Assembly: GCA_036742665.1 (NCBI GenBank)
Contig: DAINQP010000003.1
Location: forward strand, 3,301-67,300
Source of the DNA: Vicinamibacterales bacterium
GTDB lineage: Bacteria; Acidobacteriota; Vicinamibacteria; Vicinamibacterales; UBA2999
Length of the DNA stretch: 64,000 nucleotides
Direction of reading: 5' to 3'
A program made the position numbers and the translations under genes. The notes beneath the pieces are model-generated. The model worked only from the letters and a program-made list of their open reading frames with translations, searched no databases and was not told where the DNA came from. Of this stretch, positions 34,375 to 43,624 are shown one piece after another (the stretch's first letter is position 1; each line of letters opens with the position of its first letter).

Positions 34375-34427
34375 GTCGTGTCCGGCTTTAGCCGGACATG
34401 CGATGTCGTGTCCGCCTTCGGGCGGCC
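34375..34427. repeat. Two tandem REP-like hairpin units (type A)
   Basis: GTCGTGTCCGGCTTTAGCCGGACA lies at 34375-34398 and is identical over 24 nt to 55582-55605. The degenerate second unit GTCGTGTCCGCCTTCGGGCGGCC lies at 34405-34427. Confidence 0.6.
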
Positions 34428-34436
34428 AGGTGTCTC

Positions 34437-36143
34437 ATGACTCGAATCGCCGTACTCATCGCTCTGCTCGTCGGATCTGCGTGCTCACGTCCAGCCGAAC
34501 AACCGGCGGCCGCCGCACCTGCTGCCAACACCACTGCACCTGTCGCCGTGGCGAAGATGCCATCGTTCGATGCCGGGCGCATGCTGGCGGATATCAAAAC
34601 GCTCTCCTCCGACCAGTTCGAAGGCCGCGCACCGGGATCGAAGGGCGAAGACCTCACCGTCAAGTTCCTCGAGGACCAGTTCAAGAAGATCGGACTGCAG
34701 CCCGGCAATACCGACGGGACGTTCGTGCAGTCGCTGCCGCTGGTCGGCATCACCGCGAGCAACACGCGACCGCTGACGGTCAGCGGAACGGGCAAGAAGG
34801 CGACATTCAAGTGGCGCGATGACCTCGTCGCGTGGACCAAGCGCGTGACCGACACCTCGTCGCTCGACAACTCCGAGCTGATCTTCGCCGGCTACGGCGT
34901 CACCGCGCCCGAGTTCAAGTGGGACGACTTCAAGGACGTTGACGTCAAAGGCAAGACCATCGTCGTGCTGGTCAACGATCCACAGATCCCCAGCGCCGCC
35001 GATCCCTCGCAGCTCGATCCGTCGATGTTCAACGGCAAGGCGATGACCTATTACGGCCGCTGGACGTACAAGTTCGAGGAAGGCGCTCGCCGCGGCGTCG
35101 CCGGCATCCTCATCGTTCACGAGACGGCTCCGGCCGGGTATCCCTTCGCTGTTGTCCAGGGCAACCTTGGTGAGCGGTTCGATCTCATCACACCCGACAA
35201 GAACATGGGCCGGGCGTCGATCGAGGGCTGGCTCTCCCTGGACGCTGCCAAGAAGCTGCTGTCGATGGCCGGGCAGGACTTCGACACACTGAAGAAGCAG
35301 GCGCTCACGCGCGAGTTCCGTCCGGTGCCGCTTGGACTGTCGGCGTCGGTCGCGATCAGCAACAAGCTGCGGACCATACGGTCGCGAAACATACTCGCCA
35401 AGCTCGAAGGCAGCGATCCGCAGCTCAAGGACGAGCACGTCGTCTATAGCGCGCACTGGGATCACCTGGGCATCGGTGCGCCGGTGAACGGCGACACGAT
35501 CTACAACGGCGCGCTCGACAACGCCTCCGGCGTTGCCCAGGTTCTCGAGATCGCTCGCGCGTTTGTCGCGGTCGAGCCGCGGCCGAAACGGTCGGTGCTG
35601 TTCCTGATGGTCGGTGCCGAGGAACAGGGTCTGCTCGGCTCGCAGCACTACGCCGAGCAGCCGGTCTATCCACTGGCGAAGACCCTGGCCGCTATCAACG
35701 TTGACGGCGTGAACCAGTGGGGCAAGACGAAGGACATCACGGTGATCGGCATGGGCGCGTCCGATCTCGACGACTATCTGCGTGACGCCGCCGCGACGCA
35801 GCAGCGCGTGCTGCGGCCGGATCCGGAATCAGAGAAAGGCTTCTACTACCGGTCCGATCACTTCAACTTCGCGAAGAAGGGCGTGCCCGCGCTCTACATG
35901 GACACCGGCATCGATTTCGTCGGCAAGCCCGCCGAATACAGCCAGCAGAAGCGCGACGAGTACACGAACAAGGACTATCACGCGCCATCCGACGAGGTGA
36001 AGCCGGATTGGGATCTCAGCGGAGCCGCCGAGGACGCACAGCTGCTGTTCCTGGTCGGGTACAACGTGTCGAACGCGTCCAAGTTCCCCGACTGGAAGCC
36101 GGGCAACGAGTTCAAGGCGACGCGGGACGCCATGCTGAAATAG
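34437..36143 (+). CDS. M28-family aminopeptidase with PA domain, lipoprotein
   Basis: ATG 34437 gives MTRIAVLIALLVGSAC (lipobox). Motifs are YSAHWDHLG, GALDNASGVAQVLEIARAF, GAEEQGLLGS and YHAPSD. Confidence 0.85.
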   Translation: MTRIAVLIALLVGSACSRPAEQPAAAAPAANTTAPVAVAKMPSFDAGRMLADIKTLSSDQFEGRAPGSKGEDLTVKFLEDQFKKIGLQPGNTDGTFVQSLPLVGITASNTRPLTVSGTGKKATFKWRDDLVAWTKRVTDTSSLDNSELIFAGYGVTAPEFKWDDFKDVDVKGKTIVVLVNDPQIPSAADPSQLDPSMFNGKAMTYYGRWTYKFEEGARRGVAGILIVHETAPAGYPFAVVQGNLGERFDLITPDKNMGRASIEGWLSLDAAKKLLSMAGQDFDTLKKQALTREFRPVPLGLSASVAISNKLRTIRSRNILAKLEGSDPQLKDEHVVYSAHWDHLGIGAPVNGDTIYNGALDNASGVAQVLEIARAFVAVEPRPKRSVLFLMVGAEEQGLLGSQHYAEQPVYPLAKTLAAINVDGVNQWGKTKDITVIGMGASDLDDYLRDAAATQQRVLRPDPESEKGFYYRSDHFNFAKKGVPALYMDTGIDFVGKPAEYSQQKRDEYTNKDYHAPSDEVKPDWDLSGAAEDAQLLFLVGYNVSNASKFPDWKPGNEFKATRDAMLK

Positions 36144-36146
36144 CGC

Positions 36147-36166
36147 GTCTGAAGACCGCCTCTACG
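36147..36166. repeat. REP-like element (type B) at a convergent gene junction
   Basis: GTCTGAAGACCGCCTCTACG compares with GTCTGAAGACCCGCCTCTACG at 39147-39167. Its CTA (36162-36164) is the TAG stop of the minus-strand gene. Confidence 0.55.
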
Positions 36167-37190
36167 ACCTGTCACTACCGGCTGTCACACTGTCAACGAG
36201 CTCGCGTAAGGCCGCCGTCACCAGCTCCGGCTCATCGAACTGGATCCAGTGACTGCTCCGCGCCGCAATCACGTGACGGCCGTCACGTGACGCGGCAGCC
36301 ATTAGTCGCTGCGCCTCGATGTGTTCCTGAGGCTGATTGCCGCTGGAGATGACGATCGTCGGAATCTCCGGAGGTGACGTGATCTGCGCGATGGCTGCAC
36401 CATCGCGTTCGAGCGTGGCCAGATGATCGGCCATCGCTCGATAGCACTTCGGCTCCGACCAGAATTCCTGCATCAACGGATACAGCGTGGGCGGCAGTTT
36501 GCGCACTTCGTTGACCAGCCTGCCAAGCGTCTGGGCGACCGTCTCCCCGAATAACCGTGAGAATCGCCGCGGGGCGGCAGGCGCTCCACCCATCAACATC
36601 GCAAGGCAGACGCGCGGGATGCCAAGGTGCGCGAGGCCCGCACCGATCCGAGCCAGATACCGGGCGCGGCGGAGACGATACGCGCGCTCCGCATCTGGCT
36701 TCAACCACTCGACCGCCGGATCCACGAGAACCAGTCCGGCCACGACCTCGGGATGACGCATCGCATAACCGCGGACGATGAAACTGCCGAACGAATGGCC
36801 GACGAGGATGCATCGCTCGCCGGTCGCGACACGCGCGACCACGCGATCGAGCTCGTCCACGATCCGATCGAACGTCCGCGCGCATGACGGCACATCGCTC
36901 CACGCCAACCCGGCGCGGTCGTAGGTGCACACGCGCGTGAACTGTGCGACGGCCGGCGCGACGGCTGCCCAACTCAGAGACGAAGCGGCGATGCCGGCTT
37001 CGAGGACAATCGCAGGTCGCCCGGTCCCGCTGCAGGTTACGTGCAGCCGGTGCCCGCCGACATCGATCAGCTCGCCTGGCGCAGGAAACAGGCGCGACGC
37101 CGCATGGCTCGCGACGCGCTGGTAGAGCATGCCGATCGCGACGAGCGCAGCGAGGACGCCGACGATAAGGCCTAGTTGCTGGATGTACAT
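36162..37190 (-). CDS. Membrane-anchored alpha/beta hydrolase
   Basis: It has an N-terminal TM segment. Motifs are GRPAIVLEAGIAASS and LVGHSFGSF (GxSxG). Confidence 0.8.
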   Translation of the reverse strand: MYIQQLGLIVGVLAALVAIGMLYQRVASHAASRLFPAPGELIDVGGHRLHVTCSGTGRPAIVLEAGIAASSLSWAAVAPAVAQFTRVCTYDRAGLAWSDVPSCARTFDRIVDELDRVVARVATGERCILVGHSFGSFIVRGYAMRHPEVVAGLVLVDPAVEWLKPDAERAYRLRRARYLARIGAGLAHLGIPRVCLAMLMGGAPAAPRRFSRLFGETVAQTLGRLVNEVRKLPPTLYPLMQEFWSEPKCYRAMADHLATLERDGAAIAQITSPPEIPTIVISSGNQPQEHIEAQRLMAAASRDGRHVIAARSSHWIQFDEPELVTAALRELVDSVTAGSDRS

Positions 37191-37233
37191 GCCTTTGCTT
37201 GACGAACCTCATTGTCCAGCGTGACCATGGCAG

Positions 37234-38202
37234 ATGGGAATAGCGAGCCGCTCGTTCGTCATCCCGCTGACCCTTGCGTTCATCGTCAGTGCGGCGAGTC
37301 TTATGACAGCCCAGGCCGACGTCTACGATCGCGTCACGCACGGCTACGCGGTGTCTGAAGGAGGCGTGAAGATTCATTACGCCTCGCTCGGCCCGACAGA
37401 CGCCGCCAGCGCCCCGCTGGTCGTCATGGTTCACGGCTTTCCCGACTTCTGGTACTCGTGGCGACATCAGATGGCGGCGCTGTCCGATCGCTTTCACGTC
37501 GTCGCCATCGATCAGCGTGGCTACAACCTGAGTGACAAACCGGCCGGCGTTGAAAGCTATGACATGCGTCTGCTTACCGCCGACGTCGCGGCGGTCATCC
37601 GTCATCTCGGGCGCGACAAGGCCACCATCGTGGGCCACGATTGGGGCGGCGCAGTGGCCTGGCAGTTCGCGCTGTCAATGCCGCAGATGACCGAAACCCT
37701 CGTCATCCTCAATCTGCCACATCCGAACGGCCTGCTGCGCGAGCTGCGTTCGAACAAGGAGCAGATCGCCAACAGTGAGTACGCGCGGAACTTTCAGACG
37801 AAGCCCCCCAGCGATCCGACGGTCTTCTTCGGACTGCCGATGACGGCCGATACGCTGTCGTCCTGGGTCCGGGATCCCGAGGCACGCAAGCGCTACGTGG
37901 AAGCCTTTCAGCGGTCGGACTTCACGGCGATGCTGAACTACTACAAACGCAATTACCCGAAGGCCGGTCCTGATGCGCCGACACCACCGGACATTCCCAA
38001 GGCGAAGATGCCGGTCCTGATGTTTCACGGACTCGGTGATACGGCGCTGCACAGCGACGGCCTGTCGGGCACGTGGAACTGGCTTGAAAAGGACCTCACG
38101 TTGGTCACAGTTCCAGGCGCCGGGCACTTCGTCCAGCAGGACGCCGCCGAACTCGTGTCGACAACCATCAAGTGGTGGCTGACAATGCGCACCGGTCGTT
38201 GA
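37234..38202 (+). CDS. Exported alpha/beta hydrolase, epoxide-hydrolase-like
   Basis: It has a signal peptide. Motifs are [17 protein letters not shown] and [11 protein letters not shown]. Confidence 0.8.
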   Translation: MGIASRSFVIPLTLAFIVSAASLMTAQADVYDRVTHGYAVSEGGVKIHYASLGPTDAASAPLVVMVHGFPDFWYSWRHQMAALSDRFHVVAIDQRGYNLSDKPAGVESYDMRLLTADVAAVIRHLGRDKATIVGHDWGGAVAWQFALSMPQMTETLVILNLPHPNGLLRELRSNKEQIANSEYARNFQTKPPSDPTVFFGLPMTADTLSSWVRDPEARKRYVEAFQRSDFTAMLNYYKRNYPKAGPDAPTPPDIPKAKMPVLMFHGLGDTALHSDGLSGTWNWLEKDLTLVTVPGAGHFVQQDAAELVSTTIKWWLTMRTGR

Positions 38203-38209
38203 CGCGGGT

Positions 38210-38569
38210 TCAGCCTTTGACGATGTAGCCGCGCTGTGCGAGGACGTCGCGCACGCGCGGCCGCAGGTCGCCCTGCAGCTCCACTCCACCTTCGACAACG
38301 GTTCCACCCGTCCCGCACGCCCGCTTCAGTTCCTGACTGAGCTCCTTCAAGAAGTCCGCGTTCTGCGGCAGGCCGTAGACGACCGTGATGGTCTTGCCGC
38401 CCCGGCCTTTCTTCTCCATGCGCACTTTCGCGACGATGCGAGAAGGGACTGGGGCGTCAGAAGCGTGGCGTGTACTGCACTGACAGTCGCGTTGCGGCCA
38501 GCCGCATACCGGACACTTGCCGGACGTTTCTGTGGAGTACACCAGGCGCGCGTTGTTCTTGAGACTCAC
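38210..38569 (-). CDS. yciH: SUI1/YciH-family translation initiation factor-like protein
   Basis: GTG 38569 gives (M)SLKNNARLVYSTETSGKCPVCGW, which aligns with the E. coli YciH N-terminus MSDSNSRLVYSTE. GRGGKTITVV...ELKRACGTGGTV...LQGD follows. The track start is 38617. Confidence 0.85.
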   Translation of the reverse strand: MSLKNNARLVYSTETSGKCPVCGWPQRDCQCSTRHASDAPVPSRIVAKVRMEKKGRGGKTITVVYGLPQNADFLKELSQELKRACGTGGTVVEGGVELQGDLRPRVRDVLAQRGYIVKG

Positions 38570-38597
38570 GGCCCCCAGTGTACGCTGATAGGCTGCC

Positions 38598-39140
38598 ATG
38601 GCCATCTCCGCAACCATTTACAACTTCGACGTCGAGCTCTCGGACACCGACCGTCACGTTTATGAGTCGCTCTCACTACGCGTCGCGCGCCATCCCTCCG
38701 AGTCCGAGGCGTATCTCGTCGCGCGAGTGATCGCCTATCTGCTGGAATTCACCGACGGGATCGAGTTCTCTCGCGGCGTATCAACCCCTGACGAGCCGAC
38801 GATCGCCGTGCGCGATCTGACCGGGGCCCTTACGGCGTGGATCGATATCGGCGCACCTGACGCCGGCCGGCTGCACAAGGCGTCGAAGCTCGCGGCACGT
38901 GTGGCCGTCTACACCCACAGGGACGCGACGCAGTTCCTGAAACAGCTCGCGGGCAAGACGATCTTCAAGGCGGACGCGCTGGAGCTGTACGCCATCGATC
39001 GCGACCTGGTCAGCGCGCTCGTCGCCCGTCTCGAGCGTCGAGTCGCCTTCAGTGTGTCGATCAGCGACCGTGAGCTCTACGTGTCGATCGGGTCCGAGCA
39101 GATCAGCGGCACGGTGGTTCGATTGAGTCGCTGGGGATGA
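38598..39140 (+). CDS. yaeQ: YaeQ-family protein
   Basis: The product reads MAISATIYNFDVELSDTDRHVYESLSLRVARHPSESEAYLVARVIAYLLEF. Confidence 0.85.
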   Translation: MAISATIYNFDVELSDTDRHVYESLSLRVARHPSESEAYLVARVIAYLLEFTDGIEFSRGVSTPDEPTIAVRDLTGALTAWIDIGAPDAGRLHKASKLAARVAVYTHRDATQFLKQLAGKTIFKADALELYAIDRDLVSALVARLERRVAFSVSISDRELYVSIGSEQISGTVVRLSRWG

Positions 39141-39169
39141 CGCCGGGTCTGAAGACCCGCCTCTACGCC
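39141..39169. repeat. REP-like element (type B) at a convergent gene junction
   Basis: The sequence is CGCCGGGTCTGAAGACCCGCCTCTACGCC, with a 5-bp hairpin GGGTC-TGAA-GACCC. Its CTA (39163-39165) is the TAG stop of topoisomerase IB copy 2. Confidence 0.55.
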
Positions 39170-40293
39170 GCTGCCGTTCTCTTTCGTGGCTCTTTGTGCT
39201 GCACATGCTTCAGAACGGCGAGCAGTGCGACTTCGTCGGGGCGCAGACCAGCCATCGCCTTGGCCGCGGCCTTCACGTCCCGCTCGAGGATCTTCGTCAG
39301 CGATCCGTCCACATAGCAATCGATCACGCCCGGGTGCACGTACGACTTCCGGCAGACCGCGCGCGTGTTGCCGAGCAGCCCGGCGACCGCTTCGATCGCC
39401 AGGAGTACGTTCTTCTCGCAGTGCGTCTTGTTTCTGCCTGGCTGCAGCTCCCGCAACGCTTTGACCGCGAGCACTGTCCCCCACCAGGTGCGGAAATCCT
39501 TGCTCGTGAACTCCTCGCCGGTGACGTCGCGCAAGTACGTATTGAGATCACCCGAACCAACCCGTTGCCGCTTACCGTCGGCATCCACGTACTGAAAGAG
39601 CTCGTGGCCTGGCAGGTCTCGGCATTGCTTCACCACATGCGCGAGCCGCCAGTCGTTGACGTCGATGGTGTGTCGCTTCCCGCTCTTCCCGCGGAACTGG
39701 AAATGGATGGTGCCACCGGTGACGCGCACGTGCTTGTCGCGCATCGTGGTCAACCCGAACGAGTCGTTCTGCCGGGCATACTCCTCGTTGCCAACGCGAA
39801 TGAGACTGCGCTCGAGCAACTGCACGAGCGTTGCCAGCACCTTCTCGCGCGGCAGCCCCGGCCGCGCCAGGTCCGCGCGCGTCCGCCGCCTGAGGATCGG
39901 CAGCGCACGCGCGAACGCCTGCATGCGATCGAACTTTGTCTCGTCACGTGTGGCGCGCCAGTCTATGTGATAGCGGTACTGCTTGCGCCCCTTCGCGTCA
40001 CGGCCGGTCGCTTGAACGTGGCCGCGTGGATCTGGACAAATCCACACATCGGTCCATGCCGGGGGAATCGCCAGCGCCTTGATGCGGGCGAGGATCTCTT
40101 TGCGCCGGATCGGCTGCCCGTTGGCGCCGATGTAGCGAAATGCTTTGCCCGACTTCACGCGCCGGATCCCTGGCCGTTGATCGGTGACATAGCGCAATCG
40201 GGCCAGTACGGCGGACTTGACCGGGTGAAGTCCTGGCTGAGGCACGAGACCAACTGGTGCAAGACTGCCGCCGGTTCGGCGACAATGGCTCAT
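39163..40293 (-). CDS. DNA topoisomerase IB, copy 2
   Basis: Its motifs are LRYVTDQRPGI, LAIPPAWTDVWICPDPRGHVQATGRDAKGRKQYRYH, FQFRGKSG and CRKSYVHPGV. It is about 73% identical to copy 1 over a ~190-aa hand alignment. The track ORF continues to 40902 as antisense read-through, so I use ATG 40293, and the start remains uncertain. Confidence 0.85.
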   Translation of the reverse strand: MSHCRRTGGSLAPVGLVPQPGLHPVKSAVLARLRYVTDQRPGIRRVKSGKAFRYIGANGQPIRRKEILARIKALAIPPAWTDVWICPDPRGHVQATGRDAKGRKQYRYHIDWRATRDETKFDRMQAFARALPILRRRTRADLARPGLPREKVLATLVQLLERSLIRVGNEEYARQNDSFGLTTMRDKHVRVTGGTIHFQFRGKSGKRHTIDVNDWRLAHVVKQCRDLPGHELFQYVDADGKRQRVGSGDLNTYLRDVTGEEFTSKDFRTWWGTVLAVKALRELQPGRNKTHCEKNVLLAIEAVAGLLGNTRAVCRKSYVHPGVIDCYVDGSLTKILERDVKAAAKAMAGLRPDEVALLAVLKHVQHKEPRKRTAAA

Positions 40294-40320
40294 ACCGCTC
40301 AGCTTGACGTGGAGGTCGGC

Positions 40321-42243
40321 GTGAAGCACGCAGTCCGAGTCGTTCTGGTAGCCGCGTTGGTCACGCTGCTGCCGGCAGTAGCCGCCGCGAAATGGACCAG
40401 GCTCAGCACGACGAATTTCGTGTTCGTCGGCGACGCATCCGCCGGCCAGATTCGCGAGGTCGCCGAGAAGCTCGAGCAGTTCCGCGAGGTCATGATCCGC
40501 GCCCTTCCCGGCGCTACTTCCAGCTCGCCGGTGCCGACAGTGGTTCTCGTCTTTGCCACAGATCGATCGTTGAATCTGGTGAAACCGCTGTTTCGCGGCA
40601 ATGCGACGGAGGTGGCCGGCTACCTGCAAACCGGAGAGGATTTGAACTACATCGCGATCAACGGTGAGCACATCGATATCGCCCTGAACACCATCTTGCA
40701 CGAGTACGCGCACCTGCTGATTGGCAACACTATCGGCGCCACTCCCGCCTGGCTCGGCGAAGGACTCGCTGGCTTCTACGAGATGACGCACGTCACCGAC
40801 GGCGGCAAGAAGGTGCTGATCGGCCGGGCCCCCGCCGACCATATCGCCCTCCTCAAGGGAAGCACGCTCATCCCGATCAAGGAGCTGCTCGCGATCGATC
40901 ACGGGTCGCAGGTGTACAACGAAGGGAGCCGACGCGGCGTGTTCTATGCCCAGTCATGGGCGTTGACGCACTATTTGACGCTTGGCAACAAGGAGCGGGC
41001 ACCTCAGTTTCGCCAATACTTGAACGCGTTGCGCAACGGCGTGGAACATCAGCGAGCCTTTTCCGACGCCTTCGGCACCGACATCGCCCTGCTCGATCGC
41101 GAGCTGTTCGAATACGTACGGAAGTTCCTGTTTCCCGCCTTGGGAATGGAGTTCGCTGAGAAAGTGGTTGGTGAAGCCCAGCGCGGTACCACCATCGACG
41201 ATGTCGAAGCCGACATTCACATCGCTGATCTCCAGGCCAGAGTTGGCCGCGCCGAAGAGGCACGTGCCAAATTGAAAGGCATCACCGATCGCAAACCCGA
41301 CGCGGCGCTGGCGTGGACAGCCCTCGGGTTGATCGACTTCCGCGAGCGACGCATCGATGAGGCGCTGCCGCTGCTCGAGCGAGCCGCCGAACGCGGGAAG
41401 GACAACGCGCAGGTACAATCGGCGCTGGGCCGCGCACTGGTGGCCATCTTGAACGAAAGGCGCAGCACGGATAACGGCTCTGAGCTGCTGCTGAAAGCGC
41501 GGGCACCGCTCGCCAGGGCCGTCGAGCTCGATGCGAATTCGTCCTACGCCGCTGGGATGCTCGGCTACGTCGAGCTGGCGATCGGCAGCGACGTGCCACG
41601 CGCGGTGTCCTTGTTGGAGCGCGCGGTAACACTTGCGCCGTCCAGGGAACAGTATCGATTGATGCTCGCACAGGCGCTGATCAGGCTGCGCGAGTTCAAG
41701 CGTGCCACCGACCAACTCGGACCGCTGGTCGCCAGTGGCAGAAGCGCAGAGATCCGTGACGATGCACGCAGGTTGCTGATGGCCGTCGGCGACGCACAAG
41801 TTCGAGCCCAGGCGCCTGGGACCCGCTCCAGCTCTCCATCGACGTCACCGGCGAGCGGCGATGGTTTTATTCCGCTCGGTTTGGTGAACGACTTCGCGCC
41901 GTCGGCGCCGCGAGCGACGGTGCGGCTCGATCTCCGTGTTGTCCAGGCTGGTGAATCACGTGCGCTCGGACAATTTCGTGCGATAGAATGCGCGGCCAAT
42001 CTCGTGGTGCTAAACGTCGAAGTTTACGGGCGAGTACTGAAGGTGGCGGCAAAGCAGCTCAGCGAAGTGGACTTCATCAGCTACCGTTCAGATACGCCAA
42101 GCGCGGTCAGCTGCGGTCCATTGAGGGCGCCGATGAGAGTGCTGGTCACCTACCGCGCGCGACCCGCAACCACGGCTGCGGGCATGATCGATGGAGACGC
42201 TGTCGCGATTGAGCTCGTGCCGGATGACTATACCCCTCGCTGA
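40321..42243 (+). CDS. Exported peptidase-MA-like (HExxH) protein with TPR repeats and a C-terminal beta-rich domain
   Basis: GGAGG (40311-40315) precedes GTG 40321. The signal peptide is VKHAVRVVLVAALVTLLPAVAAA. Motifs are ILHEYAHLL and WLGEGLAGFYE, followed by TPR-like helices. ATG 40285 is an alternative start. The first 363 codons of the track ORF are the antisense of topoisomerase IB. Confidence 0.7.
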   Translation: MKHAVRVVLVAALVTLLPAVAAAKWTRLSTTNFVFVGDASAGQIREVAEKLEQFREVMIRALPGATSSSPVPTVVLVFATDRSLNLVKPLFRGNATEVAGYLQTGEDLNYIAINGEHIDIALNTILHEYAHLLIGNTIGATPAWLGEGLAGFYEMTHVTDGGKKVLIGRAPADHIALLKGSTLIPIKELLAIDHGSQVYNEGSRRGVFYAQSWALTHYLTLGNKERAPQFRQYLNALRNGVEHQRAFSDAFGTDIALLDRELFEYVRKFLFPALGMEFAEKVVGEAQRGTTIDDVEADIHIADLQARVGRAEEARAKLKGITDRKPDAALAWTALGLIDFRERRIDEALPLLERAAERGKDNAQVQSALGRALVAILNERRSTDNGSELLLKARAPLARAVELDANSSYAAGMLGYVELAIGSDVPRAVSLLERAVTLAPSREQYRLMLAQALIRLREFKRATDQLGPLVASGRSAEIRDDARRLLMAVGDAQVRAQAPGTRSSSPSTSPASGDGFIPLGLVNDFAPSAPRATVRLDLRVVQAGESRALGQFRAIECAANLVVLNVEVYGRVLKVAAKQLSEVDFISYRSDTPSAVSCGPLRAPMRVLVTYRARPATTAAGMIDGDAVAIELVPDDYTPR

Positions 42244-42253
42244 CACACACTGA

Positions 42254-43624
42254 ATGGACCTTTCGCGCCGACACTTTCTTTTCCTGTCCGCTGCCGCTCT
42301 GCTTCAGCCCGGGAGTGCCGGAACGAAGCGCGACATGATCGTGCGGTCAGCTCGTCCTCTGGATCTCGAGATGCCGATTGAGGGCTTCTCGGACTACATC
42401 ACCCCTATCGACAGGTTCTTCGTTCGCTCGCACGTGTACACGCCGCGCGTGGACATCGGCCAGTGGCGGTTGACGGTTGATGGCGAGGTCGCCAACGCGC
42501 TGACGCTGACGATCGACGACCTGCGACGGATGCCGTCTGTGGAGTTGGTCAGCGTGCTCGAGTGCGCGGGAAACGGACGCGGCTTTTACGAGCCGTCGAT
42601 GCCTGGTCTGCAGTGGGGACACGGCGCAGTCGGCAACGGCCGATGGCGAGGCGTGCGGCTTGCCGATGTGTTGAAGCGTGCTGGATTGAAAACATCGCCG
42701 AAGGAAGTGCTCGTCAACGGCGCCGATACGCCGCTCGGAACCATGCCCGACTTCCAGCGCTCCATTCCAATGGCCAAGGCGTTGCATCCCTCGACACTGC
42801 TTGCCTACGAGATGAATGGCGAGACGCTTCCCGTCGAACATGGCTTCCCGCTTCGCCTCGTCGTTCCAGGCTGGGCCGGTGACTCGTGGATCAAGTGGGT
42901 CACGTCCATGTCGGTGCTGAACCGCGAGCACGATGGCTTTTGGATGGCGCGCGCGTATCGTCATCCAGGAAAGCCTGTGGAGCCGGGCGTTGCAGTTCCT
43001 CCAGACCAGATGCAGCCGGTCACCAGCCTGCGGGTGAAAAGCGTCATCGCCCGGCCCCGCAGCGATCGTGGGCCGTCGAGTGCCGCCGTCGGCGAGGTAC
43101 TCACCATCAGCGGCGCGGCGTGGAGCGGCGACGCGGGTCCGGTGACATCTGTTGACGTCAGCGTTGATGCGGGCCGCACGTGGAAAGCCGCCATACTGCG
43201 ACGTGAGCGTACCGAATTCGGCTGGCGGCTCTGGGAGTACGAGTGGCGACCGCAACGCGAGGCCTATTACACAGTCCTCGCGCGCGCGGGTGATGCGGCC
43301 GGCAATACACAGCCGTTGGAGCAGGAGTGGAATCCCTCGGGTTATGTGTGGAACGTCGTCCCACGCGTCGGGATCAATGTCGGCGCGACAACCCGCGTCC
43401 AGCCGAGTGCACGAGAACAAGCATTCAACGGTCCTCCCGAGGGTTTTAAGACCTCGTGCCTGGCGTGCCACGACCCGGATGTCATCGAACAGCAGCGTCT
43501 CACGCGGCCGCAGTGGGATGCCGAGATCAACAAGATGGTCGGCTGGGGTGCGAAGGTCTCCGATCAGGATCGCAGCGCGCTGCTCGACTACGTTGCCGCG
43601 CGCTACGGTCCGCGACGTCGCTAA
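42254..43624 (+). CDS. Tat-signal sulfite-oxidase-family molybdopterin oxidoreductase fused to a C-terminal c-type haem domain
   Basis: MDLSRRHFLFLSAAALL is the twin-arginine signal. VLECAGNGR carries the Mo-ligand Cys motif. The C-terminus reads CLACHDPDVIEQQRLTRPQWDAEINKMVGWGAKVSDQDRSALLDYVAARYG (CxxCH). Confidence 0.85.
   Translation: MDLSRRHFLFLSAAALLQPGSAGTKRDMIVRSARPLDLEMPIEGFSDYITPIDRFFVRSHVYTPRVDIGQWRLTVDGEVANALTLTIDDLRRMPSVELVSVLECAGNGRGFYEPSMPGLQWGHGAVGNGRWRGVRLADVLKRAGLKTSPKEVLVNGADTPLGTMPDFQRSIPMAKALHPSTLLAYEMNGETLPVEHGFPLRLVVPGWAGDSWIKWVTSMSVLNREHDGFWMARAYRHPGKPVEPGVAVPPDQMQPVTSLRVKSVIARPRSDRGPSSAAVGEVLTISGAAWSGDAGPVTSVDVSVDAGRTWKAAILRRERTEFGWRLWEYEWRPQREAYYTVLARAGDAAGNTQPLEQEWNPSGYVWNVVPRVGINVGATTRVQPSAREQAFNGPPEGFKTSCLACHDPDVIEQQRLTRPQWDAEINKMVGWGAKVSDQDRSALLDYVAARYGPRRR

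Noticed and set aside
34375-34427. Tandem repeat units (also 50309-50359) as a possible mini CRISPR array.
   Set aside because: There are only two imperfect units, separated by 5-6 nt rather than by spacer-length unique sequence. The units are themselves hairpins, and there are no cas genes in the window.
39196-40284. The first 363 codons of the 1015-aa plus-strand track ORF (39196-42243).
   Set aside because: This part is the antisense of topoisomerase IB copy 2, whose motifs are unambiguous on the minus strand. The plus-frame translation is Arg/Ala/Leu-rich with no motifs. The real gene begins at about 40285-40321, where it has an RBS and a signal peptide.
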